Shown here piece after piece: positions 20,721 through 30,846 of a stretch of DNA of 64,000 nt. A program made the translations under genes and the position numbers. The notes beneath the pieces were generated by a model that did not search any database, was not told the origin of the DNA, and saw only the letters and a program-made list of their open reading frames with translations. Source of the DNA: Candidatus Saccharimonadota bacterium (GTDB lineage Bacteria > Patescibacteriota > Saccharimonadia > Saccharimonadales > Saccharimonadaceae); the NCBI GenBank assembly GCA_017509895.1, contig JAFWOH010000001.1:1454-65453 (forward strand). The letters are read 5' to 3'. Every line of letters starts with the position of its first letter. Position 1 is the first letter of the stretch.

Positions 20721-22253
20721 TTATTTCTGTTTGATGATGGGGAAGGGGACGGCTTCGCGGCCGGAGACGCCTTCGAGGAGCCAGAAATTGCGCTCGCTAT
20801 TACCCCAACCGCAGGCAGGGGGCATACCGTATTCGAGCATCTCGACGAAATCTTCGTCGAGCATCTGGGCCTCGGTGTCGCCAGCATCGCGGAGAGCCTG
20901 TTGTTCCTTAAAGCGCTCGAGCTGATCGAGAGGGTCATTTAGCTCTGAATAGCCATTGCCCATCTCAGTACCGGCGATAATCGGATGGAATCTCTGTGTG
21001 ACGAGTGGATTTTCCTCGGAGGTTTTAGCAAGTGGGCTGAGACTTAAAGGCTCTTCAATCAGCCAATAAGGGCCGGCGGAAGTCTTTCTGATTAACTTCC
21101 AGATATGATCAATCAGGCGGGCATCGGAAGCGGTCTCTAAGGTATGTTCAAGAGATTTTCTGGCGGCCTTATCATTTCTATCGGCGGATTTTTCAAAATC
21201 GTCTCTTAAAATCTGCTCTAATTGTTTACGGTCTGGATTAAAAACATCAACATCATATTTTTCTTTTAAGAGGTCGGCATATTTAATGCGGGGCCATTTT
21301 TGATCGAGATTAACATGAAATTTTGGTGCGGCAACGCCGTCATCTGGATTTGGATCTGGGCCGAGGTCAAACTCTAATGTACCCCAAGTTTCCTTGGCGA
21401 CATATTTTATCATCTCTTCATAGAGCTCCATGCCGTCTTCATAATCATCATAGGCGGAATAAGACTCGAAAGCGATGTGCTCCGGAAGATGCTCATCATC
21501 GACACCTTCATTCCGGAAGCGGGGGCCGATATCATAGACTCTTTCAAAGCCGGCGCCGAGCAGGCGCTTTAAGGGAAGTTCTTGAGAAATACGGAGATAA
21601 AAATCTTCATCGAGCGCGTCCATGTGGGTCACAAAAGGAGTGGCATCAGCACCACCGGTGGTATGCTCAAGGACGGGGGTATTAATCTCAATAAAGCCAT
21701 GAGCGTTCATAAAATCACGCGTGGCCTGCCAGAATTTTGAACGGCGAACCATCCGCTCTCGCACCTCGAGATTGACATTCATATCGACATAGCGACGGCG
21801 GTAGCGTTCCTCTTTATTATTAAAGCCATCGCGACCGGGGAGAGGCCTGAGAGACTTTGTAAGCAGGCGGACGGAATTTGAGAATACGGAGATTTCGCCG
21901 GTCTGGCTTCTACCGACGAGGCCGGTAGTCTCGATAAAGTCACCACTATCTAAAAGCTTTATATCTTTAGTACCAAAAGTCTTTTCGGGGATGTCCTCAT
22001 CTTGTTTCATGAAAATCTGGACCTCGCCGGTGTAATCGCGAATTTTAACAAAGGCGAGTTTGCCAAAGCTCCGAATCGCAACGATGCGACCGGCAATAGT
22101 GACGGTCTGACCGTTTAGTTCATCAAAATTCTCGAGAATATTACCAATCCTAGTATCGCGACCAGATTTGGCCGGATAAGGATTGATTCCCCGTTTCTTT
22201 ATTTCGTCAAGTTTTCTTAATCTTTCATCTCGATAATCAGATAGCTGTACCAT
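20721..22253 (-). CDS. lysS: Lysine--tRNA ligase (class II)
   Basis: OB-fold N-terminus, GGADATPF, YLRISQELPLKRL, FRNEG, EMGNGYSELNDP, YGMPP. Confidence 0.97.
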   Translation of the reverse strand: MVQLSDYRDERLRKLDEIKKRGINPYPAKSGRDTRIGNILENFDELNGQTVTIAGRIVAIRSFGKLAFVKIRDYTGEVQIFMKQDEDIPEKTFGTKDIKLLDSGDFIETTGLVGRSQTGEISVFSNSVRLLTKSLRPLPGRDGFNNKEERYRRRYVDMNVNLEVRERMVRRSKFWQATRDFMNAHGFIEINTPVLEHTTGGADATPFVTHMDALDEDFYLRISQELPLKRLLGAGFERVYDIGPRFRNEGVDDEHLPEHIAFESYSAYDDYEDGMELYEEMIKYVAKETWGTLEFDLGPDPNPDDGVAAPKFHVNLDQKWPRIKYADLLKEKYDVDVFNPDRKQLEQILRDDFEKSADRNDKAARKSLEHTLETASDARLIDHIWKLIRKTSAGPYWLIEEPLSLSPLAKTSEENPLVTQRFHPIIAGTEMGNGYSELNDPLDQLERFKEQQALRDAGDTEAQMLDEDFVEMLEYGMPPACGWGNSERNFWLLEGVSGREAVPFPIIKQK

Positions 22254-22280
22254 GTGGGTATTATAACATTCTTCTCTGAT

Positions 22281-22724
22281 TTAATCAATTTTAATGATTT
22301 TGCAAGTCTTGCCATTCCAAGTAGCCTCTTCGCCTTCTTTTAGGCCGAGGAGAGCCTTGCCAATCGGGGAGGCATCGGAAATTTTACCATTTAAGGGGTC
22401 TGCCTCGACTGGACCGACAATGGAATAGGTTTTTTCTTTACCATCTATTTTGACCTTGACAGTAGCGCCGAGGACGACCTTTGAATGGGAGGCGGAACGG
22501 ATGACGGTGGCATTTTTTAGGATGTCTTCAATCTCTAGGATGCGGTTTTCGACGGTTTTTTGCTCACTTCTGGCGGAGCTGTACTCTTCATTTTCAGAGA
22601 GGTCACCAAAAGCCCGGGCGGTGGCGATTTTTTCGGCAATTTCGGGACGGCGAGCCTTTAAGGTCTTTAGTTCTTCTTCGAGCTCTTTTTTGCCCTCTTT
22701 AGTAAGGTTTACACTTTTTTTCAT
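22281..22724 (-). CDS. greA: Transcription elongation factor GreA
   Basis: AR.FGDLSENEEY, IVGPVEADP..GKIS..SPIGKALLG. Confidence 0.95.
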   Translation of the reverse strand: MKKSVNLTKEGKKELEEELKTLKARRPEIAEKIATARAFGDLSENEEYSSARSEQKTVENRILEIEDILKNATVIRSASHSKVVLGATVKVKIDGKEKTYSIVGPVEADPLNGKISDASPIGKALLGLKEGEEATWNGKTCKIIKID

Positions 22725-22801
22725 AATTCTTTCTCTGTTAAAACTTTAGTATAAAAATAGTCTAGGAGTATTTTACTACCTTGTGGATATAAATTCAAGT
22801 G

Positions 22802-24019
22802 TTAAATTTCTTCAATCGAGACAGGGGTAGTTTTACCAGTCTTGCGGTCTAAAACCTCGGCGGAATTGGTCTCTAGGGTCTTATCGGAGATGACGATGCG
22901 ACGGGGGAGGCCAATGAGCTCAGCATCTTTAAACTTTTCGCCGGGGCGAGCATCGCGGTCGTCGTAAAGAACGGCCTCGGGATTTTTAGACTCTATTTCT
23001 TTAGCGATTTTTTCAGCTTTTTCGCCGATGGCGATTAGATAAACCTGATATGGTGCGATATTCTCTGGCCAGACGAGGCCCTTTTCATCGGCGTATTTTT
23101 CGGCGATGACACCCATGACACGGGAAACACCAATGCCATAGCACCCCATAAAGACAGTCTTTCTTTTACCGTCTTTATCGGTGAATTCAAGGCTGAGAGG
23201 CTTTGAATACTTATCTTTTAAGGTAAAGATATTACCGACTTCGGCGGCATGGGCAGATTTTAGCTCCTCCTTTTTAACGCCGAGCTCATCAAGCACCTCG
23301 GGGAGGAGGACTTCCTCGTTTAATACTATGGATTTATCTTCATTGAAATAAATGGTATCTTCACCGACATCTAAAATAGTCTGGAATTCATGAGAGAATT
23401 TAGCAAAAATGCCGCCGGAGGCAAAAGTTTCGAAGGTACAGTCGCCGAGGCCGAGACGGTCATAAATCTTTTTATAGGCCTCTTCAACCTTATGATAGAA
23501 AATTTCGTGGCTTTCTTCGTCGCTTGAGAAGGAATAGAGGTCTTTCATCAAGAATTCACGCGTCCTTAGAATCCCGGATTTGGCGCGGAGCTCGTTTCTA
23601 AACTTGGTTTGGAATTGATAGGCATAAACCGGTAAATCTTTATAACTTTCAATATATGTCCGCATTAAATTTGTAATGGGCTCTTCATGAGTCGGGGCGA
23701 GACCGAGCTCTCCGCCGCTACTAAGCTCAGTTTTAAACCAGATGTCAACCTCCTGATCGTCAAAGCGATTGGTCTTTTGCCAAGGCTCTGGATTCTGGAG
23801 GGCGGTGAGCTGGACTTCCTCGCAGCCGATATTATTCAATTCTTCACGAATAATGGTCTTGATATTTTCAATTACGCGGAGGCCGAGGGGCAAAAAATCA
23901 TAAAGCCCCGCCATTTCTTTATGAACATAGCCGGCGCGAATAAGATACTGTGCGGAGCGGGCCGTTTCGTCCTTTGGTGCGGCACGCAAAGTTTTAACAA
24001 AAGATTTCGAAAGTTTCAT
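22802..24019 (-). CDS. proS: Proline--tRNA ligase (short form without editing insertion)
   Basis: LAPTHEE, FRNELR...G.LRTREFLMKDLYSF, EVGNIF, MGCYGIGVSR. Confidence 0.96.
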   Translation of the reverse strand: MKLSKSFVKTLRAAPKDETARSAQYLIRAGYVHKEMAGLYDFLPLGLRVIENIKTIIREELNNIGCEEVQLTALQNPEPWQKTNRFDDQEVDIWFKTELSSGGELGLAPTHEEPITNLMRTYIESYKDLPVYAYQFQTKFRNELRAKSGILRTREFLMKDLYSFSSDEESHEIFYHKVEEAYKKIYDRLGLGDCTFETFASGGIFAKFSHEFQTILDVGEDTIYFNEDKSIVLNEEVLLPEVLDELGVKKEELKSAHAAEVGNIFTLKDKYSKPLSLEFTDKDGKRKTVFMGCYGIGVSRVMGVIAEKYADEKGLVWPENIAPYQVYLIAIGEKAEKIAKEIESKNPEAVLYDDRDARPGEKFKDAELIGLPRRIVISDKTLETNSAEVLDRKTGKTTPVSIEEI

Positions 24020-24037
24020 AGAGGTATTATAGCATAC

Positions 24038-24817
24038 CTAGAGAGCGATGAAAAGGAGATAAAAGGCGACGGCGTTCTTAATAATATGGACAAGGATGCC
24101 GGCATAAATCGTACCGGTAATCTCGCGGAGGGAGCAGAGGACGATGGAAACAGCAAAGACATTTACCCCGACATTCCATTGTCCATGTAGAACAGCAAAA
24201 AGGAGTGAGACTAGGAGTATGGAGATGGGGAGATTTAGGCGCTTTCTGAGCTTGCCATAGAGATAACCGCGGAAGATAATTTCTTCGGCGATGGGGGCGA
24301 CGATGACGATGATGGAAAAAGCAATAATTTTATCACCGGTGCTATAAAGGTCCGAGAAGCCGACTTCCTGAGCCTCGGCGGCATTAAACCATGGGAAGAT
24401 TTTTGAAAAAAGCATGACGAGGGCGGCGGAAAAGACGAGCTGGATAATAAAACCGATAGGAGACAGCAGAATGTCGGTCCATGTAGGGAGACCTTTAAGA
24501 CCTAATTCCTCGCGAGAAGTTTTTTCAAGCAAAGGATGATTTTTGAATTTTTTGCGAAGGAGAGCCGGGATGCCGAGCATGATGACAAGGGCTAGAAGAT
24601 AGGTGATGCAGGAATATGAAGCCTGTAAAATGGTGCCAGCCTCGAGATGAAAAGTATTAGCGAGCCATTTGAAAATAAAATAGGAGAGGAGCTGGGCTAG
24701 ATAAATGCAGAGCCAGACCCATGCAAGGAGAGCGATGGCAATAAGTATATTATAGGTACGAGAAGATTTATTGTTAGCTTGAGCGGTTTTCTCTGGAGAT
24801 TCTTTGAGAGGTTTCAT
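24038..24817 (-). CDS. CPBP/Abi (CAAX-type) intramembrane protease
   Basis: PIAEEIIFRG, FAVLH, HIIKN motifs. Confidence 0.9.
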   Translation of the reverse strand: MKPLKESPEKTAQANNKSSRTYNILIAIALLAWVWLCIYLAQLLSYFIFKWLANTFHLEAGTILQASYSCITYLLALVIMLGIPALLRKKFKNHPLLEKTSREELGLKGLPTWTDILLSPIGFIIQLVFSAALVMLFSKIFPWFNAAEAQEVGFSDLYSTGDKIIAFSIIVIVAPIAEEIIFRGYLYGKLRKRLNLPISILLVSLLFAVLHGQWNVGVNVFAVSIVLCSLREITGTIYAGILVHIIKNAVAFYLLFIAL

Positions 24818-24822
24818 TCTAA

Positions 24823-26100
24823 TTAAAACAACCTGATAATATCAAGGACGGTGATAAGGGCGATAAGGACGAGAAGGACCATAAAGGCGCGCGAGACGAT
24901 TTTTTCTTCGGTTTCCTTGGTGAGTTCCTTTTTCCTGAGGCGATAAATTGCGATGAGGAGCCAGCGGCCACCATCAAGGGCCGGGATGGGCAGGACATTC
25001 ATACAGGCGAGAGAGATGGAGATAAGGGCGGCGAGGAAGAGGAGATTAGAAAGGCCGGTATCGACGAAGGCCGGAAAGAGAACGCCGAGGATGCCGACCG
25101 GACCAGAGACAGAATCTCCGGCGGCGCCGATGGCGGTCTTACCCTCTTCGCGGACGGCCTCGTCGCCACTAAATTGCTTAAAGATTCCAGAGAAGAGATT
25201 ATAAACGGCGGTGCCAAGACCCTTGTAGGTCTCTGCGGTCAGCTGGACGGTGGTCGCTGCGCCGACGATAGGCGCGGACCAGGTAGAGCGATAGAGGGCC
25301 TGATCCTTTTGAGCCATAGAGATACCAAGAGCATAAGTCGCGTCTTTATCCCCGAGTTTAACATCAATAGTCTCATCCTTGCCATCTCGTACAATTTGAT
25401 ATTTAACTTCTTTGCCACGATTTTCTTCGTTGATAGAGATTAATGTGCTAGTATCGCCGATTTCGGTGGTTTTATCATCTGCGGTAATACTCTTAATCTG
25501 GTCGTTTTCCTTTAGGCCGGCCTTGGCGGCGGGAGTGTCATCTAAAACTTTTGCGACGACGACTTGACCATTGGTAACATGGGTATCGCTATCAATCTGG
25601 AATTGATTTTCGACGAAATGAGGCATGCCGGTTAAACTCAAAATCGTGAGCAAGATAAAGGCGACGAGCCAGTTCATCGCGACACCGGCAAAGAGAATCT
25701 TAGTTTTTTGCCAGAAAGTCGCCTGACCAAAAGATGCGGGGCGCTTATCGTTATCCGATTCCCCTTTCATCGAGCAGAAGCCACCGATAGGTAAGAAATT
25801 GATTGAGAAAATCAAATCTTTCTGGGGCTTTCCCCATTGGTCTTTCGGGAGGGGGAGCCATTTTTTTGGACGCTTTTTATCAAATTTTTTGCCAGCCTTT
25901 TTCGCGGCTTTTTTCTCTTTTTGCCACTTGGTATACTCAGGATTTTTTAGCCAAGCTTTGGCTCTGGGCGGAAAGCCGATGCCAAATTCCTCGACCCAAA
26001 CGCCGTTTCGTCTGGCCGCGATAAAATGGCCAAATTCGTGGGCTACAACAAGCGCCATTAAGACAACTAAACCGATTATTACACCTAAAACAATATTCAT
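24823..26100 (-). CDS. rseP: Site-2 (M50) intramembrane zinc protease with PDZ
   Basis: HEFGH, PIGGFC, AGVAMN, NVLPIPALDGG. Confidence 0.92.
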   Translation of the reverse strand: MNIVLGVIIGLVVLMALVVAHEFGHFIAARRNGVWVEEFGIGFPPRAKAWLKNPEYTKWQKEKKAAKKAGKKFDKKRPKKWLPLPKDQWGKPQKDLIFSINFLPIGGFCSMKGESDNDKRPASFGQATFWQKTKILFAGVAMNWLVAFILLTILSLTGMPHFVENQFQIDSDTHVTNGQVVVAKVLDDTPAAKAGLKENDQIKSITADDKTTEIGDTSTLISINEENRGKEVKYQIVRDGKDETIDVKLGDKDATYALGISMAQKDQALYRSTWSAPIVGAATTVQLTAETYKGLGTAVYNLFSGIFKQFSGDEAVREEGKTAIGAAGDSVSGPVGILGVLFPAFVDTGLSNLLFLAALISISLACMNVLPIPALDGGRWLLIAIYRLRKKELTKETEEKIVSRAFMVLLVLIALITVLDIIRLF

Positions 26101-26150
26101 ATAATAATTATATCACACTTGTTCACAGAATAAGCAGCATACAGTTTTCG

Positions 26151-26205
26151 AACGCTACTCGCCGCCTGCTACCTTAGTGGGACTCTCTTTTAAAAAGAGA
26201 GTCCC
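26151..26205. repeat. Second copy of the 23-bp core AACGCTACTCGCCGCCTGCTACC followed by a perfect hairpin
   Basis: Identical to 14853-14875; GGGACTCTCTTTT-A-AAAAGAGAGTCCC at 26179-26205. Confidence 0.75.
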
Positions 26206-26273
26206 AACGAGAGAAACTAATTGTTAAAATTAAGCCGGGCAAAGCTCGGCTTAATTTTGGTTTACTATATTGC

Positions 26274-26864
26274 TTATTCTATAACACCGAGTTCAATGCG
26301 CTTGAATTGCTTAACGGTGATGTTTTCGCCGGTCTTCGCAATGGCGTCTTTGATGAATTCAGCAACGGTCTTGGTGTCGTCTAAGATATAAGGCTGGTCC
26401 ATGAGGACTTTATCGGAGAAGGCCTTTTTAATCTGGCCCCCGATGATTTGGTCTTTCATTTTTTCTGGGCCTTTGAAGTTTTCTTCAAGCTCTTTTTTCT
26501 TAGCGTTTAAAACATCTTCTGGGATGTCCTCGGTAGAGACATAAAGCGGGCTCATCGAGGCGACTTGCATAGCAATCTTATGAGCGAGATCTTTAAATTC
26601 ATCAGTCTTGGCGACGAAACTGGTCTCGCAGTTTACCTCGACGATGGCGCCGATGCGGCCGTCGTGGACATAAGCGTCGATGAGGCCTTCGCGAGTCTCG
26701 CGGTCACCGCGCTTTTCGGCCTTGGTCAGACCCTTTTTGCGCATGGCCTCGAGAGCTTTATCAAAATCGCCGCCCGCCTCGACGAGAGCCTGTTTTGCAT
26801 CAGTTAAGCCGACACCAGAGAGCTCTTTTAATTTTTTAATTTCTTCAATGGAAATGTTTGCCAT
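26274..26864 (-). CDS. tsf: Elongation factor Ts (short form)
   Basis: IKKLKELSGVGLTDAKQAL, EVNCETSFVA, IAMQVASM.P. Confidence 0.96.
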   Translation of the reverse strand: MANISIEEIKKLKELSGVGLTDAKQALVEAGGDFDKALEAMRKKGLTKAEKRGDRETREGLIDAYVHDGRIGAIVEVNCETSFVAKTDEFKDLAHKIAMQVASMSPLYVSTEDIPEDVLNAKKKELEENFKGPEKMKDQIIGGQIKKAFSDKVLMDQPYILDDTKTVAEFIKDAIAKTGENITVKQFKRIELGVIE

Positions 26865-26887
26865 TTTTCCTCCTTTTAGTTAATTAG

Positions 26888-27574
26888 TTATTTTTTAGCT
26901 TCCTTAATAGCTTCGGTGAAATAATTCAAATATAATTCAATCGCCTTGATGGAATTATCATTGCCCGGGATGACATAATCAATTCCCTCTGGATTGACAT
27001 TGGTATCGCAGATGGCGATAACTGGAATCTTAAGAGTGATAGCCTCTTTGATGGCATTCTTATCTTCCGCAGCATCGAGGACGATGAGAGCGGCCGGCTG
27101 TTCTGACATCTCTTTAATGCCACCGTAGCGATTATTGAGAAGATCGATTTCCTCTTGGAATCTCTGGACTTCAAGTTTATTATAGCGATTTTTAAGCTCG
27201 CCGGACTCCATGCGACGCTCTAAATCTTTTAGCTTTTTAATCTGGCGATTAACGGTCTCGACATTTGTAAGAGTACCGCCAACCCAACGCTCGGTAACAT
27301 AAGGCATATTGACCGATTCGGCGGCAGCCTTCGTTAAATCTTTAGACTGTTTTTGAGTATCGACAAAAAGCACCTTTTTACCGCTTTTGACTAGCTCGGT
27401 GATTTTTGGCAAGGCCTTTTCAAAACCCTCGACGGTTTTTTCAAGGTTAATAATATGGGCGCCGTTTTTACGGCTGTGGATGTATGGGGCCATCTTAGGG
27501 TGCCAACGGCTGGTCTTATGACCAAAGTGTGCGCCGGCTTCAAAGAGAGCCTTCATATCGACTTTAACTGTCAT
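26888..27574 (-). CDS. rpsB: 30S ribosomal protein S2 (start reassigned to MTVKVD)
   Basis: EAGAHFGH.TSRWHPKM, RWVGGTLTN, DTNVNP, PGNDNSI. Confidence 0.97.
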   Translation of the reverse strand: MTVKVDMKALFEAGAHFGHKTSRWHPKMAPYIHSRKNGAHIINLEKTVEGFEKALPKITELVKSGKKVLFVDTQKQSKDLTKAAAESVNMPYVTERWVGGTLTNVETVNRQIKKLKDLERRMESGELKNRYNKLEVQRFQEEIDLLNNRYGGIKEMSEQPAALIVLDAAEDKNAIKEAITLKIPVIAICDTNVNPEGIDYVIPGNDNSIKAIELYLNYFTEAIKEAKK

Positions 27575-27682
27575 AGTTTCCCTTTCTCTTTGACTACGGG
27601 CTGTTATCTCAGGAAAACTCCCGTAGCTGTTTGATTTAATTAATAACACTTTGATTATAGCATAGATTTTCCCTATTTACAA
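27575..27682 (-). promoter_or_regulatory. rpsB promoter and structured 5' leader
   Basis: TTGTAA-N17-TATAAT; CTACGGG...CCCGTAG stem at 27594-27626; -35 overlaps that of the divergent rpmE2 promoter. Confidence 0.6.
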
Positions 27683-27715
27683 GGGGGGTTTTGTTTGATA
27701 TAATAAGGGGCAATT

Positions 27716-28048
27716 ATGAGTAATAGTGAACTACATCCTAAAGATTATCGGCTTGTCGTGTTTTCTGACGAGGCCGCTCAATTTTCGTTTTTAACCCGTT
27801 CCACGGCGAAAAGTGAAGAGACTATCAAGTGGAAAGATGGTAATGAATATCCGCTCGTAAAGATACAGATTTCTTCCGCAAGTCACCCGTTCTTTACCGG
27901 TGAAGAGAAGATTATCGATACCGAGGGTCGGGTTGATCGCTTTAAGGCGCGGGCAGCAAAGGCTGCGGCTCTTAAGGCTTCGCTCGGCAATAAGGTTAAG
28001 AAGGCTGAGAAAGAAGCTGAGAAAAAAGCAAACAAGGCTGAGAAATAA
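27716..28048 (+). CDS. rpmE2: 50S ribosomal protein L31 type B (Zn-free)
   Basis: [30 protein letters not shown]; no Cys. Confidence 0.95.
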   Translation: MSNSELHPKDYRLVVFSDEAAQFSFLTRSTAKSEETIKWKDGNEYPLVKIQISSASHPFFTGEEKIIDTEGRVDRFKARAAKAAALKASLGNKVKKAEKEAEKKANKAEK

Positions 28049-28065
28049 AAAATAGCCCCTTGGGG

Positions 28066-29085
28066 CTATTTTTTTGTGTTCTTAATTCTTACAATATTAA
28101 AGAATACTACGAAGAGTGTGACTAATACGAAGAGATAGAAAGTTACGCCGCGGTTTAGGAGCATGGCGGAGGGGAGGAGTTCTGCGCCGAAGGCGAGGCC
28201 AAAGAGGTTTAGGAAAACCGATTCACTAGCACCAATCGCACCCGGAAGCGGGAGGGCGCTGGTGGCCATAAAGAGAATGGCCTGAAGAGCAAAGATTTCA
28301 AAGAAGCTCATACCCTCTAGCCCAAAGGCGCGGTAGATACAATATGGTACGGAGAAATAAAAACAGAATTGGATAAAGACCCGGAAAATGGCCATCAGGA
28401 ACTCTTTTTTATGAGTCTTCATATATTTAGCGCCCTCAGCATATTGGTCTAAGCTTTGCCCGACTTTTTCTCGCTTGTTTTCAATCTTTTTAAAACCAAT
28501 GTGCTTTAGAAAACTCATAAAACCATTAACGAGATTACGAGTTAGTTTATTGTTGAAAATACAAACTAGTAATGCGGCTAAGGCAATGCCATTAATCACA
28601 AAGCCAAAGATAGAAAGCCAGAGTACCGGGCCGGTCAAAAGATTGGTATTTAAGACCATGCTAATTGTACCGAGGAGCATAGTGCTAATCTGAATACCAC
28701 AAACCTGCACGAGCAAAGCAAGCGCACCATGAGCGGCCGGGATTTTTTCTTTGGCCATATAATAAACTTCAAGTGGTTGGCCACCGGTGGCACTAGGGGT
28801 GATAGCCGCAAAAAAGAAACCTATCATCGTAAATTTATAGGATTTCCAGAAAGAAAGTTTTTCACCAAAGGATTTTAAAATGCTTTTGATATTAATGGCC
28901 TCCATGGCGAAATACATTAACATAAAGAAAACACCAAGCAACAAAAACCAAGGATTAGCGCTTTTTGCAACATCAAAGATTTGGCCGATGTCCTGATCCT
29001 TAAAAACAAACCAGAAAGTAGCGATAATAAGAACCGCAAAAATCAGCGCATTAAATACCATTCTCTTGGCGGTCTTTTTATTCAT
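28066..29085 (-). CDS. Lysylphosphatidylglycerol synthase TM-region/flippase-like membrane protein (start reassigned to MNKKTAK)
   Basis: ITPSATGGQP, P.PGAIGASE, LLNRGVTFY; multiple TMs. Confidence 0.85.
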   Translation of the reverse strand: MNKKTAKRMVFNALIFAVLIIATFWFVFKDQDIGQIFDVAKSANPWFLLLGVFFMLMYFAMEAINIKSILKSFGEKLSFWKSYKFTMIGFFFAAITPSATGGQPLEVYYMAKEKIPAAHGALALLVQVCGIQISTMLLGTISMVLNTNLLTGPVLWLSIFGFVINGIALAALLVCIFNNKLTRNLVNGFMSFLKHIGFKKIENKREKVGQSLDQYAEGAKYMKTHKKEFLMAIFRVFIQFCFYFSVPYCIYRAFGLEGMSFFEIFALQAILFMATSALPLPGAIGASESVFLNLFGLAFGAELLPSAMLLNRGVTFYLFVLVTLFVVFFNIVRIKNTKK

Positions 29086-29153
29086 ATATTTTATTATATT
29101 ATGACTTGGCGGGGTGGTCAAGGTAGTGTATAATATATACAAAAGGAGATAAT

Positions 29154-30239
29154 ATGGCGGAAAGCGAGATGAATAATACAAAAGCATGGGCAATCATTTC
29201 GGCGGTGGCGGCGACTTTGGCGGTGATGGTTGCAGGGACGATGTTTTTCTTAGGTTTGACAGTCGGTCAGAATGGGACTACGCGTGAAATCTTGGCGGAG
29301 CTCCCGGAGCCAGAGCTTTCTGATGGGCAGAGGGGCGAGCTGGGGATAGATAAAAATATCAATGAAAGTACGATTGATAAATATCTTAACCGGAGTGATG
29401 CAGTTTATTGGGATCTTCGGATGCTTGAAGACCCCGGGAATTATGAGAGTATCGGCGGGGACAGATATCTCTCTGGAATCGTCAAAGGTTTTCAGGTGGT
29501 CCCATATCCATATATTGCCACAGTTTCTGGCTTACCTTCCTCGGTCGGGGCGGGTTATACCGGGCCAACATTATTCTCTCTGCAGGAGGACGGTTCTTAC
29601 AAGGCTAATTATCAGGAGTCCTTACGGATAATAGAAGATTTATTCCCGAAGGACAAGGTGATTTTCCTAATGTGTGGTGGGGGTGGATATTCGGGGATGA
29701 TGAAGAAATTACTTGTCTCGCTCGGTTGGGATGAAAAGAAAATTTATGATGTCGGTGGTTATTGGTTCTACGAAGGTGAAAATAAGATAGAAATAAAAGA
29801 GACTGCGGCAGACGGAAAGACTTATTATGCTTTCTGGAAGATACCGTATCATGAGATTGATTTTAAGAAATTGACGCCAAAGACGGTCGGTGAGGCTCAG
29901 GTCGTGGACCTGAGCGTTGCCGATTATAACAAAATGCTCTCCGATAAAAAGTCGGGGCTTATTTTTGTTGACCAAGGAGGATGTGTAACGGCGGAGAGAA
30001 TGCGTGGGTTTATCGATGAAATTTCAGCCGAAAATAACGGAGCAAAGTTTTACAAAATGATGTGGAGCGAGGCAAAAGAGGTGATGCCGCATGAAAAGGT
30101 GCCGTATTATCCATCACTCGTAATTATAAAAGACGGAGAAATTATCGCATCTCTCAAGGCCGATTCTTTTGAAGACGGGCCGATTTATAACGATAAAAAG
30201 CTACTTGAAAACTGGATTTTGAAGTATACCGTGCTCTAA
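29154..30239 (+). CDS. Membrane-anchored rhodanese-like domain fused to a thioredoxin-like domain
   Basis: N-terminal TM; IFLMCGGGGYS rhodanese-type loop; C-terminal FVDQGGC...YYPSLVIIKDG Trx-like fold. Confidence 0.6.
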   Translation: MAESEMNNTKAWAIISAVAATLAVMVAGTMFFLGLTVGQNGTTREILAELPEPELSDGQRGELGIDKNINESTIDKYLNRSDAVYWDLRMLEDPGNYESIGGDRYLSGIVKGFQVVPYPYIATVSGLPSSVGAGYTGPTLFSLQEDGSYKANYQESLRIIEDLFPKDKVIFLMCGGGGYSGMMKKLLVSLGWDEKKIYDVGGYWFYEGENKIEIKETAADGKTYYAFWKIPYHEIDFKKLTPKTVGEAQVVDLSVADYNKMLSDKKSGLIFVDQGGCVTAERMRGFIDEISAENNGAKFYKMMWSEAKEVMPHEKVPYYPSLVIIKDGEIIASLKADSFEDGPIYNDKKLLENWILKYTVL

Positions 30240-30778
30240 ATCTTCATGATATCGGCTTCTTTAGCCTTGAAGGTAGCGTCGATTTTATCGGTGTATTCTT
30301 TGGTTAAATCATCAATTTCCTTCTCGGCGCGCTTTCTGGCATCCTCGGGGAGCTCGAGAGCCTTGATGTCTTTTCTGGCATCTTCGCGGACATTTCTAAT
30401 GGCGACTTTAGCCTCCTCGACTTTACTGCTCGCGGTCTTGACGATTTCTTTTCTGCGCTCCTCGGTGAGTGGTGGAATCGGGACGCGAATAATGCGGCCG
30501 TCGTCGGAAGGATTGAGCCCAAGGGTAGAATCAGCGCGGATGGCGCTAGAAATGCTTTCGACGTTGCTCGGGTCAAAAGGTGTGATGACGAGCATGGTGG
30601 CATCGCCGATAGTGACGTTGCCGACTTGATTTAGCGGCATCCATTGGCCATAGGCCTCGACCTTAACGCCGGCTAGCATATCTGGATGGGCGCGGCCGGT
30701 GCGAATCTTTTTCATTTCGCCATCAAAACGGGCGAGTACTTCATCCATTTTCTTTTGTTCTTCTTTGGTGTCAAACAT
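30236..30778 (-). CDS. frr: Ribosome recycling factor
   Basis: IRTGRAHP, LGLNPSDDG..IRVPIPPLTEERRKE, AKVAIRNVR. Confidence 0.97.
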   Translation of the reverse strand: MFDTKEEQKKMDEVLARFDGEMKKIRTGRAHPDMLAGVKVEAYGQWMPLNQVGNVTIGDATMLVITPFDPSNVESISSAIRADSTLGLNPSDDGRIIRVPIPPLTEERRKEIVKTASSKVEEAKVAIRNVREDARKDIKALELPEDARKRAEKEIDDLTKEYTDKIDATFKAKEADIMKI

Positions 30779-30846
30779 AGCTCTTGCTCCTTTAATTATT
30801 TTTATTATATCAAAAAATCGCTAGGGTGACTAGCGATTTTAATTAA

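Noticed and set aside
14810-22790. Replication origin suggested by DnaA boxes (14810, 22782)
   Set aside because: The boxes are isolated rather than clustered; there is no dnaA/dnaN and no AT-rich unwinding element.
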